Virus record (IMG/VR): IMGVR_UViG_3300027808_000152
Location: 1-25,331 of that record
DNA from: a virus
Lineage: Duplodnaviria; Caudoviricetes
Reading direction: 5' to 3' (one strand)
DNA: 25,331 bases
The position numbers were made by a program, and so were the translations under genes. Shown piece by piece: positions 16,745 to 24,258 of the stretch. Numbering within the stretch: the stretch's first letter is position 1; the number at the start of each line of letters is the position of its first letter. Below the pieces are notes generated by a model that saw nothing but the letters and a program-made list of their open reading frames with translations, made no database searches and was not told where the DNA came from.

Positions 16745-16801
16745 ACACAAACTCTAAGTAGGGAGACTTCGTCTCCGAAAAGCTAAAACAACTGTAAAAA
16801 T

Positions 16802-17608
16802 ATGAATTTTGAAAAAACCTTACCTGAAAACAATCCCCGCTTTGAACCCGCTGTAATAAAGCCAAGGGGTTTGAAGCGGGATCTTCGTTCGTGGCCGCTT
16901 GAATGGCTTGCTCGTCAAAACGGATTGCCCTTGACCCAAAGCTGCGACCAGCTGGGTCTTTCCTCACAATCGGAATGGTTTTTAGCCCAGCTAGTACACC
17001 ACTTTGGGTCGTGGAAACCTCAACTAGTTGATGGTAAAGTAGATGCAGTGAGTACCGCTACTTACAATTTAGGGTCAGGCACTGCTGAAGAGCAAGAGTT
17101 TCAGCTAGCTTGTTGGAAATTAGCGTGTAGAGTTCCCCGTTCAAAACTGTCGCCAAAGCAGGTAGCACAACCTGAGTACAGCAGCCTAGTACCACTTATC
17201 CTTCTAGGCTTCAAGACCTACCAAGATATCCCCTACGATAGCTGGAGCAGACAACGATTGGAAGCTGTGATGCCTGAGGAGCTGGTGGCCGCAGCCACGA
17301 CGGCTCATCCTGAGTATACGGCGGAGGAGATCCTAGAACTCAGAAGTCAGGGACTTTTAGTGCGGTCTGGTCGAACTGAGGGTCAACGCAGAGATCCCAA
17401 ATCCACATGGAAGCTCACAGGAATTGGGGATACTTGGTTAGGTGAACTACCTTACTTAACTCAAGTACAAATAGCACAAATCTGGTTAGCTCACCCCGAT
17501 ATTCGACACCAGAATATGATTTTACATCCTGATGACTGGAGCAGTCAGCCGGAGCCCTTAATTAAAACAGAAGTAGTCAAGAAATGGACAGCAATGCCTT
17601 GGGAATAA
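16802..17608 (+). CDS. hypothetical protein resembling a conserved T5-like phage protein
   Basis: 268-aa ORF; YSSLVPLILLGFKTY and QIWLAHPDIRHQNMI recall a T5 hypothetical protein (memory, unverified). Confidence 0.7.
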   Translation: MNFEKTLPENNPRFEPAVIKPRGLKRDLRSWPLEWLARQNGLPLTQSCDQLGLSSQSEWFLAQLVHHFGSWKPQLVDGKVDAVSTATYNLGSGTAEEQEFQLACWKLACRVPRSKLSPKQVAQPEYSSLVPLILLGFKTYQDIPYDSWSRQRLEAVMPEELVAAATTAHPEYTAEEILELRSQGLLVRSGRTEGQRRDPKSTWKLTGIGDTWLGELPYLTQVQIAQIWLAHPDIRHQNMILHPDDWSSQPEPLIKTEVVKKWTAMPWE

Positions 17609-17611
17609 ACC

Positions 17612-17914
17612 ATGAAATACGATCACGAAACAACAGAAAAATTAAAACAAGATTATCTAGCAGGAACTCCTGTACCTACATTAGCTTTGGCTCTGGGCGT
17701 TCCGGATAGGTCGGTCATCGCTAAGCTATCGAGTCTGGGCGTGTACAAAAAGAAGGAGTACCTCACAAAGCGTGGTGAAGTACCAGTCAAGAAGGAAGAG
17801 TATATTGAACGAATTGCTCGCTTACTCGACGTAAATTCCGACATGCTGGAGTCGCTAGAGAAGGTAAATAAGTCAGTTTTAGCACTTATTGAAAAGAAAC
17901 TGACCCCAAATTGA
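17612..17914 (+). CDS. A2/D3-like HTH DNA-binding protein (divergent paralog)
   Basis: RSVIAKLSSLGVYKKKEYLTKRGEVPVKKE...LESLEKVNK aligns by eye with the three minus-strand paralogs. Confidence 0.75.
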   Translation: MKYDHETTEKLKQDYLAGTPVPTLALALGVPDRSVIAKLSSLGVYKKKEYLTKRGEVPVKKEEYIERIARLLDVNSDMLESLEKVNKSVLALIEKKLTPN

Positions 17915-17969
17915 CCCTAAACTGCGCCAGACTACGCTAACAGGGCACTTAAAAACAGACTATGTGCCC

Positions 17970-18005
17970 AAGGCCACTTAATTCTAGGATTAAGTGGCTT
18001 TTTTT
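17970..18005 (+). terminator. intrinsic terminator ending the plus-strand block
   Basis: GCCACTTAAT/ATTAAGTGGC stem plus T7. Confidence 0.85.
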
Positions 18006-18227
18006 CGTCTTATCGGCGGAAACGTGTAAATTTCCCGAAATAAGTCCGATCTGGTCGTTTTGGCCCTGATCGGCGTCAATTTGGCCCAACTTAGGGTCAG
18101 TGGATGCGGTTTAGGGTAAAAATCAAGAATTTGCACTTGACAATGTTTTCTGCACTATGGTATAATTGGCGCGAGCACTAAGCTCGCGGGCGCAGCAGCA
18201 AAAGTCTGGACGTGGTAAATTTAAGGC

Positions 18228-18660
18228 AAACAAAAGCCCCATGAGGGCATGACTCCTCTGGGGCATTTTGAACAGAACTAGACGCGAACAAGTCTAGATA
18301 GCGCAGTCCACGATTTATCACTAAGATCATGCATCAGGCCTTGTTCAAGGGGTATGTGCAAGATCGGAGGAGACCAAGGCTTTCTGTTTTTCTACCTGCT
18401 CAAAACAGGAATTTCATCGTACCAGCTTTACAGCTGCCGTAGCTTGAGATGTTGAGGTTTTTAGGATACCACAATCCATCCTTTTAGGCTGGTCTAGCCG
18501 CTTCCGTAGCGAGGTTGCTTTCCGGTACCAGAATTAAGCCTCTGGTAACAGGGCTCCCAGAATCTAGCCACCAAGTTCCTCTTAACAGCTGGGACTGCAT
18601 AAGAAGCGAATAAGTGACCAGAATAAACTATACTCAGAGCCTGAGCCTTTTCTAGTTTAT
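18228..18660 (-). ncRNA. ~430-nt structured ncRNA candidate related to the 3378-4360 RNA
   Basis: Promoter 18666-18694, terminator 18231-18270, many hairpins, shared 3' motifs. Confidence 0.7.
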
Positions 18661-18665
18661 ATGTA

Positions 18666-18694
18666 ATTATAACCCATTTGGGTTTGAGAGTCAA
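18666..18694 (-). promoter_or_regulatory. sigma70-type promoter
   Basis: TTGACT-17-TATAAT. Confidence 0.8.
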
Positions 18695-18722
18695 GTGTGG
18701 AAACTTGACCCTCAATTGCCGA

Positions 18723-19034
18723 TCAGCGGACAGCTTGCAAGATCTTCGCCAAGGCGGTCTTGTTGGCTTTGGTCAAGCTCTCGGTCTCTGCTTCAGTCAA
18801 GAGCAGGATAGCGGCGATTTCGTCAGCCACAAAATCCTTCTTAACAGGACGCTCGCCAGTCTTGGAGACATAGCTCTTGGCTTTGTAGACGCCTTCGCGG
18901 CTCAGCTTGGCAACCACTGAGCGAACAGATTTGCCAACAGCCTCTGCAATTGCCTCAACAGCAACGCCAGCCTGGTAGTCTTGAACAATCTTGGCAGTTT
19001 GCTCAGAGGTATAGTTTTGTGCTTTTTCTTTCAT
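18723..19034 (-). CDS. T5 A2-like DNA-binding protein (paralog 1)
   Basis: NYTxEQT...IAEAVGKSVRSVVAKLSREGVY...ESLTKANK; AAGGA RBS; promoter at 19073-19101. Confidence 0.8.
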   Translation of the reverse strand: MKEKAQNYTSEQTAKIVQDYQAGVAVEAIAEAVGKSVRSVVAKLSREGVYKAKSYVSKTGERPVKKDFVADEIAAILLLTEAETESLTKANKTALAKILQAVR

Positions 19035-19072
19035 GATTTATCCTTTCGGTGTTTGTTTGTTTCTAAGATTAA

Positions 19073-19186
19073 ATTATACTGGATTAAGCTGTAAGAGTCA
19101 AATCAATATTTTTAATTGTCATGAACCCGTTTGCCTTTTCCGTCTGTCTAAGGCTATATTATACTGGGAAAGTTTGCGGCAATCAA
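19073..19186 (-). promoter_or_regulatory. two tandem sigma70-type promoters
   Basis: TTGACT-17-TATAAT (19073-19101) and TTGATT-17-TATAAT (19158-19186). Confidence 0.75.
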
Positions 19187-19335
19187 TAGCAGATTTTTGC
19201 ACTTGACAAACCTATGTCTGCCGTGGTATAATTGGCGCCAGCACTACCTCAACCAAAAATACATTTGACACTGTCTTTTCCACTATGGCGCAATTTTGAC
19301 ACAGGCTTTTCCACTATGGCGCCCTATCGGGCGTA

Positions 19336-19403
19336 AGTGAGTGCTCACTTCGCAAAAAGTTAGTGAGTGCTCACTTCGCAAAAAGTTAGTGAGCGCCCAC
19401 TTC
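19336..19403. repeat. 26-bp tandem repeat carrying the GTGAGTGCTCAC palindrome (SlmA-site-like)
   Basis: Cores at 19337, 19363, 19389 (third is GTGAGCGCCCAC); a fourth copy at 21384. Confidence 0.85.
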
Positions 19404-19434
19404 CATAATTATTAATTATGCATTTTTAATTATA

Positions 19435-19477
19435 AGCAAGAATCGTGCCAGCCCCACAGGCGCAAGAATCGTGCCAA
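19435..19477 (-). promoter_or_regulatory. two sigma54 (-24/-12) consensus sites 26 bp apart
   Basis: TGGCACGATTCTTGC at 19436-19450 and 19462-19476 on the minus strand. Confidence 0.7.
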
Positions 19478-19580
19478 GTGCAAGAAAACAACATAAGGGA
19501 AAACACCTATTGACACGGGTCAAAATTATATGCTATAATTTTGGCGCCCATAACCCTACAGCAAGTAGGGTTATTCAGGC

Positions 19581-19610
19581 AAAAAATAACCCTGCAATTT
19601 GCAGGGTTAT
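19581..19610 (-). terminator. intrinsic terminator / 25-bp palindrome
   Basis: ATAACCCTGCAA-T-TTGCAGGGTTAT with T6 on minus strand, just after ORF 19618-19830. Confidence 0.75.
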
Positions 19611-19617
19611 TAAATAA

Positions 19618-19830
19618 TTAATTAATCAGGGCATTATGTGGAATATATACGCTTTGAGTGACATAATTTATTTCCCAATCATAATGGGTAAATATTTCAT
19701 AATCATAATCACCTTCAAAAGATAATATATAATCAGCGCATTGATTAATTATATATGGTTGCATTTGTTTAATAGTTAATCCCTGATAATCTTTGAGATT
19801 AATTCCCATTTCACGAAAAGATATAATCAT
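19618..19830 (-). CDS. hypothetical protein
   Basis: 70-aa ORF with ATGA overlap. Confidence 0.7.
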   Translation of the reverse strand: MIISFREMGINLKDYQGLTIKQMQPYIINQCADYILSFEGDYDYEIFTHYDWEINYVTQSVYIPHNALIN

Positions 19831-19964
19831 TCTTTGCCTTCCATAAAATCTCGATATTCTTTCCGATTAATTTCCCAAAATCGGGAAAGTGGATAATTCG
19901 AGAATGTCCAATCCAATAAAGCAATTATTGGAAAGAAAATAGTTACTAGTATTTTACCAAGCAT
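19827..19964 (-). CDS. small membrane protein (45 aa, not in ORF track)
   Basis: MLGKILVTIFFPIIALLDWTFSNYPLSRFWEINRKEYRDFMEGKE fills the gap with overlaps. Confidence 0.6.
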   Translation of the reverse strand: MLGKILVTIFFPIIALLDWTFSNYPLSRFWEINRKEYRDFMEGKE

Positions 19965-20166
19965 TATATATTCCTAAGATATTAGCTAAAAAGAAAACCC
20001 CATTTAAAACAGTAAGGGAATTATCTTTTCGGATAAAACCCACAATTAACCAAGATAATGAGCCAATAATAAATGCCAGATAACCAACAAATATAATTTG
20101 TGATGCTACCAAAAAAGCACCGATAATGCTTGATATAGTGCCAACCCAAGATATTGATTTTATCAT
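19954..20166 (-). CDS. 3-TM membrane protein (triple-helix-bundle-like)
   Basis: MIKSISWVGTISSIIGAFLVA...; three hydrophobic helices; start set right after the upstream stop. Confidence 0.7.
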   Translation of the reverse strand: MIKSISWVGTISSIIGAFLVASQIIFVGYLAFIIGSLSWLIVGFIRKDNSLTVLNGVFFLANILGIYNAW

Positions 20167-20167
20167 A

Positions 20168-20524
20168 TTATAATTCCATTGAATGATATTTATTAGGTGC
20201 AAGCCCTAATTGTAGCATAATTTTTTGCCATTGTACGCCATGACCACATTTTTTCTCGGATATTCCAAAAAGATTAAAATCTGCCTGATGTGCTATTTCA
20301 TGCGGTAAAATTACCATTCGCATATTAGCAGAATTTTTTGCAAAGAATTTATTCCCTAAATGAATAAGGTTTTCTTCCTGATAATTTTTTCCTGCGGTAC
20401 GGGTAAGCCTATTGCAGAGAACAATTTTAGGGGGATTGAATCGTACCAATTTTGGATATGATTCGCAAATTGTATCCCATGTGGATTCTGCAATTTGGTC
20501 AACTGTGAATTGTAGCGTTTTCAT
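20168..20524 (-). CDS. SprT-like zinc metalloprotein
   Basis: RLTRTAG, ILPHEIAH (HExxH), HGVQWQKIM; start MKTLQF follows a -10 box. Confidence 0.82.
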   Translation of the reverse strand: MKTLQFTVDQIAESTWDTICESYPKLVRFNPPKIVLCNRLTRTAGKNYQEENLIHLGNKFFAKNSANMRMVILPHEIAHQADFNLFGISEKKCGHGVQWQKIMLQLGLAPNKYHSMEL

Positions 20525-20675
20525 GTGTTCTATTATACAGGAAAAAATCAAAAAATGGTGTTGTTTTACAATCACACACAAAAAATAAGTTATTAAAAAA
20601 AGCTTGACACGGGGCAAAATTATATGCTATAATTTTGGCGCCTATAACCCTACAGCAAGTAGGGTTATTAAGCTA

Positions 20676-20702
20676 AAAATAAGCCCTGATAAATCAGGGC
20701 TT
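20676..20702 (-). terminator. intrinsic terminator
   Basis: AAGCCCTGAT/ATCAGGGCTT stem then ATTTTT on minus strand. Confidence 0.7.
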
Positions 20703-20728
20703 GTCAATAGGGGTAAACCCCTATTGTG

Positions 20729-21055
20729 TCAAACTGGGCGAGAGTTTGCCAAAGCGTCAAAAATTGCTTTTAGAGCATTTTTGTTTGCCTTTGTCAGAGA
20801 ATCCACATCGTTTTCGCTCAAGCGCAAAATTGCACCGATAGCGTCAGCGTGTACATCCTTTTTAACTGGTTTTTCGCCAGTTTTGGAAACATAGGTTTTA
20901 GCTTTGTAAACGCCTTCCCGAGACAATTTAGCTACAACCGACCGAACCGATTTGCCCAAATTTTCGGCAATAGATTCTACGGACACACCCGAGGTATAAT
21001 CGGACACCATAGCAGAGGTTTGCTCTGCCGTATAATTTACAGTTTTTGCTGTCAT
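20729..21055 (-). CDS. T5 A2-like DNA-binding protein (paralog 2)
   Basis: Same motifs as paralog 1; promoter TTGACA-16-TATAAT at 21095-21122. Confidence 0.8.
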   Translation of the reverse strand: MTAKTVNYTAEQTSAMVSDYTSGVSVESIAENLGKSVRSVVAKLSREGVYKAKTYVSKTGEKPVKKDVHADAIGAILRLSENDVDSLTKANKNALKAIFDALANSRPV

Positions 21056-21223
21056 TTTTAAACCCTTTCAAGGTTAGTGAGTGAAGAAGTCTCTATTATA
21101 GCGAAAAATCAAGAATTGTCAAAAACATATTTTTTGTGGGGTTATTTGTTGTATTTGTGCAAATATAGGGTTTATCCCTATTGACACGGGGCAAAATTAT
21201 ATGATATAATTTTGGCGCACCCA

Positions 21224-21277
21224 ATGAGTACTTTTGTTTTCAAAAAAATATTTGTTTTTGAAAACAAAAGTATTCAT
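21224..21277. repeat. 23-bp-arm inverted repeat
   Basis: ATGAGTACTTTTGTTTTCAAAAA / TTTTTGAAAACAAAAGTATTCAT, one G-T. Confidence 0.85.
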
Positions 21278-21410
21278 ACCCATAAAGTCACCCGATTAGA
21301 CCCATTTGTAAAAAAGCAACAAATAGGGAAAACCCCTATTGACACGGGTCAAAATTATATGATATAATTTTGGCGCCTGCGAAGTGAGTGCTCACTTCGC
21401 AAAGGATTAA

Positions 21411-21441
21411 ATATAATCCCCGATATAATCGGGGATTATAT
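21411..21441. repeat. 14-bp-arm palindrome, probable terminator of the PQ-loop gene
   Basis: ATATAATCCCCGAT-ATA-ATCGGGGATTATAT. Confidence 0.75.
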
Positions 21442-21689
21442 TATACTCGGGGTTTAATTTTATAATATAGCATCACAATTAAAAATACCATATTAAGCAC
21501 ATAATTAAATAATAGGGGTAAATCCATTTTAGGGAATACATAAATAATTGTAAATATTTCCCCAAAAAACCAGCATAATAGAAAAGCCCATGATAATCCC
21601 CGAGAATGTCCTGCTTTATAACATTCTATTGCCTGTGGTAATCCGCATATTGCAAATAATATGCTACCAATCCAACCAATTATTTCCAT
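21441..21689 (-). CDS. PQ-loop (SemiSWEET-like) membrane protein
   Basis: IIGWIGSILFAICGLPQAI...GLS; three TM helices. Confidence 0.85.
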   Translation of the reverse strand: MEIIGWIGSILFAICGLPQAIECYKAGHSRGLSWAFLLCWFFGEIFTIIYVFPKMDLPLLFNYVLNMVFLIVMLYYKIKPRV

Positions 21690-21690
21690 T

Positions 21691-21831
21691 TTAATCCCCT
21701 ATTATCAAATCTTTTGTAGTATGTATATTATAACACATTTCTCGGTATTCGTCAATATCATATCTTTTATTAGTATAAAAAAACAATAATAAAAGAATAA
21801 TCCAATAAACCCTATATTTTGTTATTATCAT
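21691..21831 (-). CDS. small membrane-anchored protein
   Basis: In frame with track ORF 21691-21954; start MIITKY chosen to avoid overlap. Confidence 0.55.
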   Translation of the reverse strand: MIITKYRVYWIILLLLFFYTNKRYDIDEYREMCYNIHTTKDLIIGD

Positions 21832-21835
21832 TTTA

Positions 21836-22531
21836 TTATGCCTTGAAATTATCTCGTACTTGAAATTTATTCCAGTCATAAGGAATAATATTATTTTGCC
21901 AATTACGCTTTTTAATAATATGCGTAAGAATAGGCAATTCAAAATCTCGGGCATCTTCTAATGCAGTATGTGGCTCGATAATAAAATTATTATTAATAAA
22001 ACCGCAAACCATTTCCGCATTAGTTTTAAATGTCATATTACCATGTTTAGTAACATTATTAAAACCATGATTATCTAAACAAAATTGTTTATATTTGCGT
22101 GAATTGCAGATATTACCTACCGAGGCTTGCCACAAACAAAATTTATTATTAAAACCTGATAAATCAATTCCAGTATTACCGCATTTATTAATATCAAAAG
22201 CGAGATTATATGCAGTAAGTGATGGATTATATTTACCGATTGCCTGATTAATCCATTTATTAATTGCATTAACTGAAGCAAGCATACGAATACCATTATC
22301 TAGCATTGCAATATAAGCCGCTTTGCGTTTAGTTAATCCCTCATAGCCCCAAATATCATTTGCTTTTTTATCGTGGAACAATTCCATTGTGTTATAATGT
22401 CCAGCGACTAAAACCGCGCATTGATTATAAATGCGCCCCTCACGATCACAAATAACCATTGCAAAATCTGCAACAGTATCATTAATTGTGGTTTCTGTGT
22501 CCAGAATACAAAAGTATTGCTTTTTAGCCAT
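21836..22531 (-). CDS. DEDDh (DnaQ-like) 3'-5' exonuclease
   Basis: ILDTETT (ExoI), AYNLAFD (ExoII), HTALED (ExoIII); start MAKKQY. Confidence 0.88.
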   Translation of the reverse strand: MAKKQYFCILDTETTINDTVADFAMVICDREGRIYNQCAVLVAGHYNTMELFHDKKANDIWGYEGLTKRKAAYIAMLDNGIRMLASVNAINKWINQAIGKYNPSLTAYNLAFDINKCGNTGIDLSGFNNKFCLWQASVGNICNSRKYKQFCLDNHGFNNVTKHGNMTFKTNAEMVCGFINNNFIIEPHTALEDARDFELPILTHIIKKRNWQNNIIPYDWNKFQVRDNFKA

Positions 22532-22766
22532 GAGTGCTTTCAGTTGGTAAGTGTCCATTATAGCATAATTTTGCCAATGTCAACGATTTTTTTCTAAGTA
22601 GTTTCCCTAGTGTTGTATTTTTGCATTATAGGGTAAATCCCTATTGACAAACCATGAGCGCCATGATATAATTTTGGCGCCTACTGTTGTTTTTTAATCA
22701 CACATAAAAAATATGTTATTAAAAAAGCTTGACACGCCCCAAAATTATATGATATAATTTTGGCGC

Positions 22767-22842
22767 AAAATTGAATACCTGAGTATTCAATTTTTTCTGC
22801 AAACCTGAGTATTCAATTTTTTCTGCAAACCTGAGTATTCAA
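22767..22842. repeat. TGAATAC-CTGA-GTATTCA palindrome with 26-bp tandem copies
   Basis: CCTGAGTATTCAA at 22778, 22804, 22830; also 23878-23901 and 24216/24242. Confidence 0.85.
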
Positions 22843-22997
22843 AAATAAGGTTGAGCCGATTCGCTTTTGTCCATAATATCCGCCCAACCATGCCAGCCCA
22901 TTTGCCATGCTTCCGATTGTCCCTTGTCTAGTGGTTCACCTAGAGCATGAGCATCAAAGCCTAATTGATAATCTCGATTATTAAAATAATTAATCAT
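22839..22997 (-). CDS. small protein, possible Rmf/CrpP-like fold (52 aa, not in ORF track)
   Basis: MINYFNNRDYQLGFDAHALGEPLDKGQSEAWQMGWHGWADIMDKSESAQPYF; abuts the upstream stop. Confidence 0.6.
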   Translation of the reverse strand: MINYFNNRDYQLGFDAHALGEPLDKGQSEAWQMGWHGWADIMDKSESAQPYF

Positions 22998-23135
22998 TTA
23001 ATCAGCCCTACCATTTAAAAGATTAATAATAACTGCAACAGGTAATTGCATTAATTCAGAAATATATTCTAAGGATTCGCCTTCGGCTAAAAAATCCTTA
23101 ATCAAATCTGTAGCATATTCTTTATTTAAAATCAT
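22998..23135 (-). CDS. small HTH-like protein
   Basis: MILNKEYATDLIKDFLAEGESLEYISELMQLPVAVI...; starts right after the dmp stop. Confidence 0.6.
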   Translation of the reverse strand: MILNKEYATDLIKDFLAEGESLEYISELMQLPVAVIINLLNGRAD

Positions 23136-23136
23136 T

Positions 23137-23613
23137 TTAGTGTCCTTGTTTACTTGGTACATATACACCCCGAATATTGAAACGATCACAAACCGCTTTT
23201 AGATATTCGATATTATCTTCATAGAATGTAAATTCTGCATTTTTGAAATTAATCAAATTAAAGAATTTTGCTAAACCATTAATCTTGAGAGTTTTTCCAG
23301 ATTGTGAATCATTCTCGCCTCGGCTAATAAGATAATCGGGCATACCTAATTCATTTTCTATAAAATACATATCAGGGTCATTAATAACCCTAGCGGTAGC
23401 AATAATAACATAACAATTAGGATTTTCTAAATCTTTTTGATATTGTTCGGCTAATGGCAAAAGAGAATCAAATAATGCTAAATCTTGATTTTCTCTCCAA
23501 TAATCTAAATCTATTCTCTCGCCATTATCGTCAACGATTGTGCGGTAGCGGTGAGTAGAATCAACGATTGTGCCATCCATATCATAAATTGAAACCTTTG
23601 TGATTTTAGCCAT
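23137..23613 (-). CDS. dmp: HAD-family deoxynucleoside 5'-monophosphatase (T5 Dmp-like)
   Basis: YDMDGTIVDSTHR, DSLLPL, IIATAR, K and YEDN HAD motifs, colinear with T5 Dmp as recalled. Confidence 0.8.
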   Translation of the reverse strand: MAKITKVSIYDMDGTIVDSTHRYRTIVDDNGERIDLDYWRENQDLALFDSLLPLAEQYQKDLENPNCYVIIATARVINDPDMYFIENELGMPDYLISRGENDSQSGKTLKINGLAKFFNLINFKNAEFTFYEDNIEYLKAVCDRFNIRGVYVPSKQGH

Positions 23614-23616
23614 TTT

Positions 23617-23742
23617 TTAATCTTTCAGAAAATATTGATCTATTGCGCCTTGGTATTCTGCCATTGTAGCAAATTTTAGCGAATGACGCAAGCAAAATTT
23701 TTGAAATTCTGCGAGTTGTTTTTGAGTGTATTTTGTTTTCAT
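23617..23742 (-). CDS. small hypothetical protein (41 aa, not in ORF track)
   Basis: MKTKYTQKQLAEFQKFCLRHSLKFATMAEYQGAIDQYFLKD; promoter TTGACA-16-TATAAT at 23750-23777. Confidence 0.6.
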   Translation of the reverse strand: MKTKYTQKQLAEFQKFCLRHSLKFATMAEYQGAIDQYFLKD

Positions 23743-23913
23743 GTATCCCATTATACAGACTTTTTTCACCTTGTCAACAATTATTTTCTAGGTGAAAACA
23801 CCTATGTTGTATTTGTGCAAATATAGGGTAAACCCTATTGACACGGCCCAAAATTATATGTTATAATTTTGGCGCAGAATTGAATACCTGAGTATTCAAT
23901 TTTCTTTAAGGTG

Positions 23914-24078
23914 TTAAACCTTTGTTTCTGCCTCGGCCTGTGCCTCAAATGCTAAAGCGTTTTGTGCATTGCACATTTCCATGTAGGCAATGCGATTTTC
24001 ATCCCTGTTATTAATTGTCTCATAGTAGGCAACAAGTTTTTCAGCATAAGCAAGAGCGAGGGTTTGTGTAGTAGTCAT
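23914..24078 (-). CDS. small helical hypothetical protein
   Basis: AAGGA RBS before MTTTQTL, in frame with track ORF. Confidence 0.65.
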   Translation of the reverse strand: MTTTQTLALAYAEKLVAYYETINNRDENRIAYMEMCNAQNALAFEAQAEAETKV

Positions 24079-24258
24079 TTCATTCCTTTTCAGTATGTCT
24101 TCTATTATACAGATAAAAAAGCAAAAAGTCTTGGCTGTGCAAAAATACAACATAGGTGTTTATCCCTATTGACACGCCTCCAATTATACATGTATAATTG
24201 GCGCAAAATTGAATACCTGAGTATTCAATTTTTTATGCAAACCTGAGTATTCAAAAAC

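Noticed and set aside
3908-17921. Telomeric TTAGGG reading of the dispersed motif
   Set aside because: Copies are isolated, in both orientations and consistently extended by TCA; the context is phage
16544-18920. Track ORFs 16544-16750, 16743-16967, 17653-17844, 18494-18715, 18678-18920
   Set aside because: They cross promoters, structured RNA or antisense strands of real genes
19889-19898. DnaA-box-like AGTGGATAA
   Set aside because: Single mismatched copy inside a small ORF; no cluster seen
19336-22842. CRISPR array interpretation of the 26-bp repeats
   Set aside because: Units are head-to-tail without unique spacers, only 2-3 copies each, and no cas genes
20604-24246. Plus-strand track ORFs 20604-20894, 20849-21061, 23962-24246 as targets of the plus-strand promoters
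   Set aside because: One starts at the -35 hexamer itself; all are antisense shadows of minus-strand genes with no clear RBS
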